In this document: positions 1 to 12,300 of the stretch, one piece after another
Layout of the letters: every line of letters starts with the position of its first letter
Numbering within the stretch: the first letter of the stretch is position 1
DNA from: Amoebophrya sp. A120
Lineage: Eukaryota > Protista > Dinoflagellata
Direction: 5' to 3'
Length of the DNA stretch: 64,000 bases
Assembly (NCBI GenBank): GCA_905178155.1
Contig: CAJINV010000003.1
Location: 3,608,370 to 3,672,369 of the forward strand
Position numbers and translations under genes: made by a program
Notes under the pieces: generated by a model
Told to the model about the DNA's origin: nothing
Databases searched by the model: none
The model's input: the letters and a program-made list of their open reading frames with translations, nothing else

Positions 1-2
1 CT

Positions 3-1577
3 GATACGCTAGAGCGTACACAGCTAGAAGCACTTAAGTGCTGGAGGCCGTTACAAGATGGCGAATTCGGTAAGGACGACGAGATCATCCCGGCCGTTGT
101 GATTTACACTCGCAAACGGTGTGGAAGATTCAAGGCACGCCTTGTTGCACTCGGAAACCGCCAGACGAAAGTCATGCGTGCCGAAGTGTTCTCCCCGACC
201 GTTTCCCATGCCGCGACCCGCACCCTGCTGGTTGATGCCGCCGCTTCGGCTAAGTTCGTTGAACAATTCGACATCTCGAATGCGTTCATCCGTTCAGCCT
301 TAGACGAATCGGATAGAGTCTTTGTTCGCTTACCCAAACACTGGAGCACGGATGCCCGTGGCGACAAAGTCAGACTTTTGAAGTCCCTATACGGACTCAA
401 AATCGCGCCACGCAAGTGGTATGATACGTATGCCGCGTATCTTCTGGAAGACGGCTGGAAACGCTGCCCCCAGGAACCCGGACTATTCAAGAAGAATGGG
501 CTGACGCTGGCCATCTACGTTGATGACTCTCTCATCTCGGGCGAGAATTTCGACGAGGTGTCCGCCGCCTGCGCCCGTATCCTTGGTAAGTTCGAAGGCA
601 AACTTATCCCCGCAGAGAAAGAAGGCTCTTTCGATGTTCGGGATATCCTTGGCGTTCGTATGCGTTACGATCGGCAACGGAAGACCTTGCGTCTTGATTT
701 GGAGAAAGCCATCAAGAAGCTCGCGGAAAAGTTCAAAATCGACGCTGGGAAGCCACTTTCCACGCCGTGCGTTTACACCGACTTTGATGAAGGAAAGCCG
801 CTGCCGGATTACCCGCTGCGTAGCCTCATCGGAGGACTGCAGTATATTGCAACCATGGCCCGCCCAGATTGCATGTTCGCAGTGAACAGGGTCGCACGAG
901 CTCAAGTCAAGCCTACAGCTTCTGTCGTGACAGCGGCAAAGCGCGTAGTCAGGTACTTGCTGCAGACTTCTCATGTCGTTCTAGAGTACACACCGGAACG
1001 GGAGCGAGAATTTCGCAAGCAATACACTGAAGTGCTTGAGGAGCAAAATTCCAAACAGTCCCTCCCGGACTTTGTGGGATTCAGTGACGCAGATTTTGCT
1101 GGGTGTTCCGTCACCCTCCGCAGCAGCAGTGGAAGCATTCTCTTTTTCAGGGGCATGCCCATCGCTTGGTCTAGCAAGCGCCAGACACTTCGTGCATACT
1201 CAACATGCGAGAGCGAGTACATTGCCCTCTTCGACACGTTGAAGCTATCGCAGGCCCAGGGGTATCTGGAGTGGCTCGATGAAAATCAGTCTCTGCCCGG
1301 TGTTCTCTTTGTGGACAACAAATCTGCAATCGAAGTTGCGCGCTCGGAGTTACCAACCAAGAAGACGAAACACTTCTTGCTCCGTTTTCATGAAGTCAAG
1401 GATCACGTCGAAAACATCGCGCACGTACCCACCGGCGTGAACAAGGCTGATCCCTTGACCAAACCAATGGGAAGTCCTTTGCTGTGCTTCCACGCGTGCG
1501 CCCACCCATCTATTGACTTAGATGACAGCAAGATAGGTCTGCCGGCTGTCTACGCCGCTTCGGTTTTCGAATCGTAG
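3..1577 (+). CDS. Copia pol polyprotein C-terminus (reverse transcriptase + RNase H), 5'-partial
   Basis: Frame is open from base 3 (DTLERTQLEALKCW...). RT motifs FKARLVA, QFDISNAF, LKSLYGLK, YVDD. RNase H motifs FSDADFAG, STCESEY, VDNKSA, NKADPLTKP. No stops or frameshifts. Confidence 0.95.
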   Translation, partial: DTLERTQLEALKCWRPLQDGEFGKDDEIIPAVVIYTRKRCGRFKARLVALGNRQTKVMRAEVFSPTVSHAATRTLLVDAAASAKFVEQFDISNAFIRSALDESDRVFVRLPKHWSTDARGDKVRLLKSLYGLKIAPRKWYDTYAAYLLEDGWKRCPQEPGLFKKNGLTLAIYVDDSLISGENFDEVSAACARILGKFEGKLIPAEKEGSFDVRDILGVRMRYDRQRKTLRLDLEKAIKKLAEKFKIDAGKPLSTPCVYTDFDEGKPLPDYPLRSLIGGLQYIATMARPDCMFAVNRVARAQVKPTASVVTAAKRVVRYLLQTSHVVLEYTPEREREFRKQYTEVLEEQNSKQSLPDFVGFSDADFAGCSVTLRSSSGSILFFRGMPIAWSSKRQTLRAYSTCESEYIALFDTLKLSQAQGYLEWLDENQSLPGVLFVDNKSAIEVARSELPTKKTKHFLLRFHEVKDHVENIAHVPTGVNKADPLTKPMGSPLLCFHACAHPSIDLDDSKIGLPAVYAASVFES

Positions 1578-1934
1578 TCCGTCTTCCGCGTGTCACACTC
1601 GAAGGCTACACATGCCTGCGGAATTGTGTAGGATTCTAGTGCCCGTCTGATTTTCCTTCATCCGCGCCCAAAACTTCCACAAGTTTCTGAGGGGGGGAGG
1701 TTTTTCATCAGTTTCGTGGTTTCTCTTTGTGCCGTAGCCATGCGTTTTTCCGTGGTGTTTTCGCCAAAGATGCTAGATTTGAGTTTGCATGAGGAGCGCA
1801 CAGTCATCGTAGCATCGGGATTCAGGGGTTGTGTATTTAGTCAGTGTGTCTATTTCTTAGGATTTTGCAATACCTATTTTCTTACTGTGTCTATCCACTA
1901 CACCATTACCGTTCCATCCTGTCACTAGGGGGAA

Positions 1935-2178
1935 TGTAGGCAAGTGCTTAGACATGAGGGGGAATGTAGGCATGCAGATCAAATCACCATGTAGATCTGA
2001 TGACACGACTGAAATACGATGCAAATCCCCCCTGAAATCCACGATCCACAAATCACATCATGAGCGAAGAGCGATGTACACAGAGCGATGATGATGAAAT
2101 GATGATGATGCTCTTGTGCCTTTTCCCATGCTGACAGTTACGTGGATACTAGTGCTGTAGGGTGTACACCGCCCTACA
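1935..2178 (+). repeat. Putative 3' LTR (starts at 1935 or 1965)
   Basis: PPT-like AGGGGGAA is directly followed by TGTAGG at both 1935 and 1965. The segment ends in the exact inverse CCTACA at 2173-2178 (TG...CA termini, 6-bp IR). The partner 5' LTR is not in the window. Confidence 0.6.
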
Positions 2179-2310
2179 TGGTGGTATTAGTGTTCTAACA
2201 GTAAATGAAATAAGCCTCTTTCATCTCGATCTCGGGCACGAGTGGTTCTACTCTTTTGCTTTTGTTTTTGACATCGATTTATTCGGAGATGGCAAGAAAA
2301 GATCATGATG

Positions 2311-3664
2311 TTACCCGTTGACTCGGCCCCTGGGCAACATTCCGCGTCTTCTCTTTTGGTAGTCGACGTTTTTCCTTTCCTCTTCCTCCATGTGGCGCTT
2401 CAGGGGATTGGTCATAGCCCGGGGGCGGGCTGCTTCTGGGAGCACCATCGGCGCCATTGCCGCAGGAGTCTGCATGAGCATCCCCGGCATCTGCATGAGC
2501 ATCATCTTCTGCTCCATTGCCGTCTGTTGATTTATTCATTGTAAGGAGTAAATGCAAAATACTTCTCTCGTTCTTTCCATGCCCGGGCAAAATACTTCAA
2601 GTGACAAAATTCATAATCAATCAAGTTCGATCATTGGATGGCCATAACACTTATGGCTGGACGAGCTCGACGGCGGAAATAAAAAATCACACACAACAGT
2701 AGTATACCGGTATGTTCGGGAAGCGGATGAAAGTGGCCGAAAGGCCCTGCGGCGACTTCTCCACGCTGAACATGACATTCTGCCTCATCAAATCCAGACC
2801 CTGATGCTCCACTTCGATGATGTGCCCTGGGATGAAATGGATGAGTTATCATCAAAATTTTCATCCTTCAGACAAAGGCGCCCAGTTAAAGTACAAAAAA
2901 TATAAATCAAAGCAACACTAACCATGGGAAAGAAACAACCACAACATCAAAAGCGTCACACAAAAAAAAAAAAACATCATGAAAAACATTATAGTCTTTT
3001 TAGTACTTGACGCCATGAAAATGTCCTTCTTTTCCCCGGCAAGCTTGTCGAGCGCGGGTGGGCACTCGATGAAGCCAAAGCCCTTGGCTGCGTTCCAGGA
3101 TTTGACGAAGGAACGAAATGTGGGCACGCTGGTGGGGTCCTGGATGTTCTCGGCGCTGTACTTACCACCGTTGTTGTGCTTCAGGGTGAAGCGCAGTGTG
3201 CAACCAACCAGTTTTTGTTCGTTGTACAGTTGTCCTGGCAGGTCATCGCGACGGAAACGGCTGTGAATTTTTCGAGTTTCGCAAAACGTAGAACCCGCTC
3301 GCTTTTTTATTCTTAACAAAAGGGGGCACGAAGATAAAAATAAACGAACACGTCACGAGCTCGATGGTGATACGTTACAAATCTCGTGTCGTCATGAACG
3401 AGCACATGCATATTCATGTAGTGAAACAACGGGATCGCATGCAGTGTTCATTGGTTTTTCATTGTAACGGAAGCAAGAGCGGCGCATGTCGCACAAGGAA
3501 GCTGCAAACCCTAACTCGAACAGGCTGGGATAAAAGCCCAATTTTAGAAGAAATGAAGTAAAGAAAGAGTACACATCCTGCGTCAACCCCGGCACGTTTT
3601 CGATGAAGCCATAGCGACTGGCCATGTTGTAGCTCTTCACCGTTCCCTCGAGCTCGCCGTCCAT
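2311..3664 (-). CDS. Cold-shock-domain protein with two CSDs, ~225 aa, 4 exons (3664-3573, 3260-3007, 2826-2708, 2523-2311)
   Basis: RNP1/CSD motifs GTVKSYNMASRYGFI and FVKSWNAAKGFGFIE. Three GT-AG introns give a contiguous 678-nt frame. Confidence 0.85.
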
Positions 3665-6307
3665 TTTGACAGTTCTATAGAGTCAGAGCTTCTTAGTTAG
3701 TGAACGAAGCTCAATCGGTGAGTGTCTATTTAGAGCTGCTCTTGTTGCAACTCTGGTGATAGTCTTAAAAGGGGGATGTCAGCACGACTTCTCGTCGAAT
3801 GGATATTGGAGTGATCAGATGAAAACGGTATTAAACGAAATACCAATTTTCAATGACACACTCACAGAAGATTCGTTGATTTTTTTAGAAGAATTCCTTA
3901 CGTGTAGGCACGAGTAGACCAACGAGAATAAAACGCAAGAAAGGAAGAAAATCAAGACGCCCACCACGACCAAAGCAAACGCAATGATGTGATAGACGAC
4001 TACAAACTCTATTCCCACCTGCTAATTATAGTACTCTACCAGACCACCTACTACTTTTGCTCCTTTCGATAATTGTAGTAAACAGTTCTTGTCACAGTGA
4101 ATCCCCACGTTTGTGATGAAGGAAAACGACTACGACGAACTGTGAAGAGTAGGAGATGCGAGCTGACAGACCACAGGATCTTCGATGCTGTGTTCTTTGC
4201 GGCACGATGACGCGGAGTACAGTCAACCCCTACAATTCTTGAGCTAGGATCAAAATCGACGCTTCGCAAACTCCTCTATCGCACGAGAGACCGAGAAAAT
4301 TACGATCAAACGAATCTATACTTTGGATCTTTTTGCGGGTATAACTCGATGCTGCTTGTTGAGAAAGTCGGTGCACTTTTTAATGTTGGGGACAGCTGTT
4401 TCAAAAGTGGTGCTAAAAAATGCTTTTGTACAAAAGGGAGATTAATGTTTAGTTGTAAGTAAATCAAATTCAAGTGTGTGCTTACACGAGTAAACAGTCG
4501 ATACTGCGGCTTTACAAACAATGTCGAAGATTTCGGTGCTGAAGAAAGATAACAGAAAAGCAAACAAGCTTAAACAATCGTCAATTTCTTTCAAAATGGT
4601 GGAAAATTAAAAATTGGAAGGTGTGCCTACAAGTGTAAGAACCAGGAGGATGAGGGGCACTGTGGAAGGAAAACGGAAATTGGGAAGAACGATTGATGAA
4701 ATTTACAATGGAAATAGATCATCGGTCGTGCAGTTCTTGCCACTTCATCATGTCCAGTCGCATATCAATTTGTTGACAGATTTACGATCTTGCCCTGCGA
4801 TCGATCTTTATATTCTAGAAGCAAGCAGGGAGGCTCACGAATGCAGACAAACTCACGCGCAAGTATACAGATTTTCATCAATTCTTTGTGTCGAACGTCA
4901 GCTGCATTTAAGAAAACTACATAGGCTAGTGCAACTTCTTACGAGTCTTTCATGCTACGAGGTGCACGCATTTCAAGCCCCGAAGTGAAGCACTGTGGTT
5001 GTACGAAAATTTTCACAAGCGAACGATTGGACAGAAAGCAAATACTGCGAAAGAAAAAACCGACCCGATGCGAGAGCTTCACTCTCAAACGCTTCGTCAG
5101 AAGAGCGGCAAAAACCGACTTTTTATTCTTTTTTCTTCTCTCCCGACCGATGTATATTCTTTTAAACGTTAACGTTACTTCATCACGAACTTCATACGCA
5201 TAACTTGCTTCTGCTATTTCGCTGCACGTCCACATACTATTACATAACTCGTCGATCACTTAAGTAAAAGATGCTGAGACTCAAAGTGGCGCAAGCAGAA
5301 GGATGTCCAATACAGCAACTCCGTTGCGGAGCAGTGCTGGAAGAGAGCATAAAAATGCGAGCGACAACTGAAAGTTTGAGTAAGAACATACACATTCCAA
5401 TCGTTCGTTTGGTACATGGAAACTAAGGTCATGCAAAGCGATTCATTTAGTACTCTACTCAGGTCTATTGAGACTGTGTGAGAAGACTATTCTACATCGT
5501 GGCGATTTGTCATTTCGATCTTGCGAGCCTTTACACAAAGATCATCAGGAGCTGACGCTGAGCTTGAGGTCTTTGCATTGCAATAAATTTCCGTGAATAC
5601 AAAAACTGTCGCGATCGAGCCTATTTCTATTTTCTCACGCAGCAGGCGTTACGACCAATGAAATGAAGAACCGGAAGATCAGTGCTGTGGAAGTCGAAGT
5701 TGCAAAGACTGAAGACTACGGAGCTTGAGTCGACACGGGGTTGCTTGATTTGACGATCCACCTTGCATCGCCGCCTCAGTAGTCGCTGCAGCGAGGACTG
5801 CAGTGATTTATCGATCTTTGGTACTAGTTACCACCTTCTAAAGCTCGGCTTTTTTCTTTTAGGAAAGTGACTTCTGTGCAAGGACAAGTCTCTGAAAGAT
5901 CAGCAGCGCGAATCGGAACAAAATAGACGACGCTTCTTTTTTTGCTCTGCAGTTGTTACATGACCACGGAAATGAATTTAATGGCGTATCGTCGCACTCT
6001 AGCTCATCGTCATCTTCCATGATTCTTAGAATGTTATGCTAATACTGGGCTAAATATCAAACGTCTCGGCGCGCTCGTGTTGAAAAATAATCACGCACAC
6101 ACGCGTCTCGGTCTCTTCGACAACTTCCGGAGAAGCTGCATACTACATGAGTATCATTCGGATTGGCATCTGCACCCAACAGTGTCTACTTCCAGGTGCA
6201 TACTACTATTTGAGTATCGGATTTCAGATGATTTTCAGATTGTTCAAATTGATCAGAATGGGACGAGCACTCGTGCTCCCAGCACAGCTGGCTCCTGCGT
6301 CCTCTAT

Positions 6308-9300
6308 TTAACTACTTCTGGTACAAGAAGTCTGGAGATGCGCGAGAATCTCGGTCAAGAAATCGAGCAACCAGTCTCGCATTTCACCTCGGGACAGCCC
6401 GAAATCTCCCTCGTACAGCTCCAGGACAACCAAGATGGCTTGAAAAAGCACGACCCGGCACCACGACCGGTCGTCGAAATTGGTGCGAAACCCGCTGCAC
6501 AGATCCACTCGGCTAGTTTCTAGAAACTCTTCCCACGCACCGAAACCCCCAGGGAAGTACCGTAAGGCGATCCACACTTGCGCACATAGCCGTCCTGTAG
6601 GGATTGTGAACCAGAGCAGTAGCTTCAAAAAATCCTAATCGAGGACTGCTGTAAGTCGCATATTACGTAAGCACAAGCAAAAGAGAATCAGAGCCCCAGG
6701 GCGTGGCGGTCTCAACAATTGCAGTGCATTTTTACCTTGAAAGCAGCGGCGAGGTAGCAAGCTTTGCTGGTCCCAAAATGCAAAGCTCAGCTCGTCCTGC
6801 AGGGTCGAAGAGGACACCAACAGTGCCTCAGGCCGGAACGGGGTGTGGTACCCGAGGTAGTCTTCTCGCTGAGTAGAGCTGCTCAAATCCCAGTACTCCC
6901 AGAACTCCGCTGACTGGTTGCAGAATTGCCGTACCATTTGCTTGGTTCGGAAGGAGTCGAGTCCCTCCGCATCGTTGACGGTATTCAGGTCCGCAATTCC
7001 CAGTGCCGCGCACAAACGCTGCCGAAACACGGGCTTGCTTAATCCCGCGGGAGTGCTACCACTTTCGCCAGACATGACCAGGTTGCTGGTCGTTGCGGTC
7101 GCCGAAGATCGTGATGACCCCGAAGTCGCGCCCTTTACCGCATCGAGTCGTGGAAACACGACATCCAGAAAAAGCGCTGAGTCTCTAGCGAGTGGGTTGC
7201 GGTTTTTTTTCTCTTCTGTGGGGTGCAGACGGAGCAAGTTCGCCGTGTGACGCTTCTTGTCCAGCACCTCCCCAGAACGCTCGTCGTAGATGGGTGCTTT
7301 CGACGCTGACAGGGCGGAGGACCGCGCTGCCGCGTCGTTCTGGGCAGCGGCAATCACGGTTAATAAGTCCGGAGCGTGTAGTCCTCCTGCCGCACGACCC
7401 GCGGTGTCCACCGCTGGAAAATGGTGAAAATGGGGATCGGCGATCATCGCCAGTGCGTCCAGAACGGGCCGGGATAGACCGTCCGTCTGTTGAAGTACTG
7501 CACTGATTTTCTTCCACCGCTTTCTCCCCAGGTGGTCCGAATCTTCCGCCTCGAAGCTGCGAAGCAGCGCTTGCATGGTGTAATCCATCGAGACCAACTT
7601 GCACACCGCCCCCAGCTTCCGGCCAATGACAGAAAGCTCTGCACGCGCATGCAGGCGACGACTGATTTTCGCCGTATTTGCTCTCGGTTGTGCGGTGCAC
7701 GCCTGCACGCCCCTAGTACCTCCTGCAGCGGGAGCGCCTGATGATCCAAAGGGTAAGGCAACGTCCTCCGTGTCTGGCGAGAATACAAGCTCGATTCCAT
7801 CCCCAAACTTCTCGGTTTCGGCCTTCGCCACGACACACAAGCGGTCGAGGCACTCCGGAAGGGTGCGCACCCCGATAAACTTCGTCAGGGAGACGCGCGG
7901 CGCGGATGCGGTGGGGGCGGCGGTACTAGTACGCGCGGCCGCTTCGAGTGGCGTCGACGGTGTGATCAGCAGACTCGGCCGCGGTTCGTCCGCAGAAGTT
8001 GTTCCACCCTCTTGCAGCATCAAGTTATCCAATGCCTGCGCACCCGCTTTTGCGGCCTCCTGCGCCGCTAGGGTCTTGGCGGCCGAAGCGGTGACGGCCA
8101 GCCGCAGACCTGCGTCGCTCGCGAACTTCTCGTATATGGCCTCCGCCTCCCGCTCGTCCCGGTTGCCACGGACCGGGGAGAAGGATCCGGTTTTCATCAG
8201 TGCCCACAGGTCAGATTCTCGCCCCTGCTGCTCGGCCTCGTTTGCCTCTTCAAAGTAGGACTCCAGCTGGAAACAGAGCTTTTCGTACGTCTCCGGACAG
8301 GCTTTCTCGAACTCGCGATTGAGCGCCAAAATTCGGTCGAAGGGGAACTCGGTCGGGTTCGGTACGAGCCGCCAACCAACGTCGACCCGCCCTGGCAAGG
8401 GACTTCGCGTCACGCTGCCTTCCTTGGTAACACGAAGGCCGAGCAAATCAGATATGGTCAGGCGAACCTGTCGTATTTATTCAACGTAAGATCCAAAAGT
8501 CAATGCGATGTAAAAAACGGCACCGCTAGTACGAGCTTCAAGGAACTACACACAAGACTTCAACATCAGCGCCCATCACAACAAGTCAGTGGTACCCTGG
8601 TGACTTCGCGAGAAGAGTCTCCGCAGAACTGATCGAGGATGCACAGGAGCGGTTTGAAATGTGCCGAATGGATAGTCACCACGGACTCCGGCTTTGTTCC
8701 ATACGCTTCTGTTGCCGGGACATCTCGAGGATGGAGTGCAATGCGTGGGGCAAACATGCGGATCGTATTGGCTGCGGAAGCGGACGGCGCCCCTGTACTA
8801 GAGGCACACAGCTCCGCCACCAGCCGGACTGCAAACAGCATCCGAAAGGCACACAAACCGCAATGCACGACATTATCCGCCCAAAACGCGTCCAAGTCTT
8901 TCGGCGGTAAACTCGGCACAGCCCTTGGCCTCGTGACGCGGATCAAGTAATGGAAGTATGTGCGAGAAAGAATCGAGCGCGCACGAAGCGCCTCGCGTTG
9001 CAGAAGCTGTGCGGTCGCTGGTGTTGTAGTTGTATCGGAGGATACTTCTGTTGTAAGATTCGTAGCTGCAGGATCAATATTGACACGGATCTCGGATACG
9101 GTGCTGCTGAGGTTGATGTTACCCTTCAGCAAACTGCTAGCCACGTGCGGCCCGAAATGCAAAACTTCGGAGCCAGCAAAGTTCTCTAGCGAAGCCAGCA
9201 CCGCGCGGGCGTACAATTCAATCAAATCCTCGCCGTCCTCTATGCCGTCTTCCTGGCCGGCCTTGGGATTTTGTGTAGCCGCAGGTCCGGCAGCCGGCGG

Positions 9301-12300
9301 TGGACCCAAGGCAGATGATCCCGAAAAACGCGGGGCAGGTGCGACAGAAGTCATTGCGGGAGCTGAAACCGAAACGTCCGGCTGCATAAACGAAGGAGCT
9401 GTAGTCCCGGACGAAATGCCGTCCACGTGCACCCTGCTTTTGCTGCCCAAGCTTGTCAACCGGCGTACCACCTCGTCCGCCAAGGATTTTGATCCGGAGC
9501 GCGTCCGCGGGGTCGCAGCGCCTCGAGAGGACCCCGACGACGAGGTTTGCTCTTTCATGGACCCGCCACGACCCATATTCGCTTTCGCCAAATCCAGGGG
9601 CTTGACGAGCGATGATGCTGTTGAAGCCCGGTGCTGCGACGCCAGTATGCCGGAAGTTGTGCCAGCGCTGGCTGATTGCGATGGCGCGGCTGGTGGCCCG
9701 GCGCCGTACAGTGCCGCGGAGGCGCGCTTGCTCGCTGGAGCAATGCGCGCGCGCCTGTCCGGAAGTCGTTCCAACATGATGCGCTGCTCTCGCACAAATT
9801 GCGAAAGAAGCATTGGGCAATGCTGACAGAACAACCGCAGGATCTCTGTGATTACTTCCGTGTGCAGGTAGCCCAACAAATAAAAATGCCTGACCGCAAA
9901 AAACTTGTTCACAACTAGCTCGGACTGCTCGTTTGCGGTACTAGGTATCGAACGGAGAATGTTGCTCAGCGGCTCCCCGGTTGTGCTCTGCGAGACCGTG
10001 CGAAAAACTTGGTCGACCGCAGCGCGGGATAGCAGCACCGAGCTATTGCGAAAGATTTCTTGGTAAGTCTTCCACAAGGCGCACACATTTTGGTCTGCGC
10101 GCAAGCGATGCGCAGCCCGAAGCTCTTCCACCGCATAAGGCTTAGCGAAAATCAGGACTTTGACCTGAAAAAAGTCGTCTCCGTACTGATGACGAAGCAT
10201 GTCTATCAACCCTTTCGTGGCTACGTCGGCAGGGGCTACAACAGCATCTGTGGTTGTTCCTGGCTGAGCGCTCGTGTCTTGGTCTGGCTTTGTTGTCCGA
10301 CCAGCTTCTGAAATCGCCAACGACTGCAACATGTCACTTCCCGACAATCGATCGTGCAGCAGCGGCAAGCGATGGATAACATCCTGAGAGACGTTTCGAT
10401 TATTTTTCTGTTTTGTTAGTTCTTCTCGCGTCAGAGTAAAACCGAAATAGATACACGAAGTTGAAGATCATCCTGTCTGACCGCATGAAAAACAAATACA
10501 TAGATACCTGATGCGGCGCACCGCCTGCACAGAGTACGGAGGCCAACTGCGCAGCGTCCCACTTCATCGGGCGGAGTTCTGTCGTTAGCACCACTTCGAA
10601 TCCGAGGACATCCCGAAAAACTTGTTTCAGAAGCGAGGTGCTCAACTCCCGCTGCCGACGAGCCCTTGGTGGCGGAGCGGTCCCGCCTGCACCTGCACTC
10701 TCGATTTGAGAGATTTGCAGTACTGCAATTTCCTCTGTGACGCACGAGGGACGCGCAAACTGTGTGGTGTCAGCCTTCGCCAGCGTAAGGTCCTCGAGAA
10801 TGTACTTCGTCGCGGGCGGCATCTTCTCAGCGCCAGACTGCGTCGCCGACAAACCTGCGGGATCCGTGGTCGTCTTACTCGCGGAAGCGGAGGCAGGATG
10901 TCCGCTACTTCCACCTGTTACGTCGAGCGCACCGCCGCCTGCCCCATCCGTTGCCGCAATGCCCCTAGTTGTTGTACCCAGTACATTTATTGTCTCGGTT
11001 TTTGCAGAACGCACCGAGCCTGCACCTGACCCCGAACTACGCCGTTCCTGTTTGCTGGTTCCCGACGAGCTACCTGCCTTGGACACGACAAGGTGCGCCG
11101 GTATCGCGAAGAAGTGCTTATCCACAAATCGCGCAGCCACTTCACGCGAACACGGAGTTAAAGCCAGTAATGGAACATTCGAATCGTAATCCGGTGTGAC
11201 GATATCGTGCACACTCCGAAAAATTGCGCGAGGCGCGGCTGTGGTCGTTCGGTGCGCCAAGGGGTGGCGCGAAAATGAAGTTTCCGTCGTGCTCGCAATC
11301 GGTCGCTTTACGAAGGGGTTGTTCGGTTTCTTCCCCGTAGTAGTTGCAGTCGTCTCCTCCGCCTTCGCAACCTCGTCACCACCAGCTTGCGGCAAAATAA
11401 TAATTTTGGCGCTGTCTAGGTAATCTTCCGGTTGAAACGGGACCACCGGTGTTATTTGTCCTGGCATCTGAGCGTTAGAGGACCTTGCCGTTGACGCTGC
11501 AGATCCGTCCCCACCTCCACCGGCAAACGTGTAAACAGGCTCGAGAGGGGACGCCTGCTCTACTGGAATCGGGACGGGTGGAACCGAAACGTCCCGTCGA
11601 GCGGCGACCGTGACTGTTTTGGGCTCCTTCGAAGATGACGAAGCGCGTTGCTGCTCCCCGCCAGACGCCGACGATGGGTCGGAAGATGCGGTTTGGTCGG
11701 CCAGCAAAACGGTCCGGTCGGTAAGTAGCTGCAGGTAATTGCCGTAGATCAGGTGCGGCAACAGCGAAAACGCATTGGTGCGTTTCACAAAAAAAATGGT
11801 AACGTTCGACGTTGCCAGGTGCTCCAGCCACAGGCAGACCGTGCTTGCTGCGCCGGGCTCGACAAATCCGTGATATTTCTCGAACAGGTGCCCGTTCTCG
11901 TCCCTGGGGGCTAGATGCGTTGGCAGCGTGCGGTGAAACTGCGGAATCGCACAGCTCTGTTCTAAGAACTTCTGCCGCTGGTCTCCCGCGGCCATCAGAC
12001 GCTGCACCAGCGACAAGGACGGCGCCGCAGGCGGCGGAGGCCCGCCGCTTAGGGAAGGTCGGTCTGTGAATGCGGCCGCCGGGGGCATAAGCAAGTCTGA
12101 AGATGATTTGGAGGATGCCGCGGAGGAAGCGCGGATGGATCCTTCCTCTCGCGATTGCATGCCGAATCCCATCAACTCTGCTAGTTCGTGCGCATCCAAA
12201 CGTTTTCGTCGTCGCCCAAGAATCAGGAACCCGTTCTCCTGCAGGAGGGTCTCCATGAAAACCTCTCCATTCTGCTCCTCATGCAAGGCCTCGAGGCAAA

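Larger units (their letters stand above)
1..2178 (+). mobile_element. Ty1/copia LTR retrotransposon, 3' portion (5' end lies outside the window)
   Basis: Copia-type RT followed by a C-terminal RNase H. Purine tracts at 1689-1700, 1927-1934 and 1956-1964. LTR-like segment bounded by TGTAGG...CCTACA. Confidence 0.93.

Noticed and set aside
1689-1710. Purine tract GAGGGGGGGAGG as the PPT with the LTR starting at 1701
   Set aside because: It is not followed by TG. The 1935/1965 junctions give proper TG...CA inverted termini.
4109-4171. Box C/D-like arrangement (TGATGA...CTGA with a 5-bp terminal stem) on the + strand
   Set aside because: It is short, runs opposite to all host genes and has no convincing rRNA guide of 10 nt or more. 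Compatible with chance.
6135-6230. Degenerate direct repeat GCATACTAC...TGAGTATC...CGGATT with a ~60-bp period
   Set aside because: Only two imperfect copies in a probable 3' UTR. Not an array or CRISPR.
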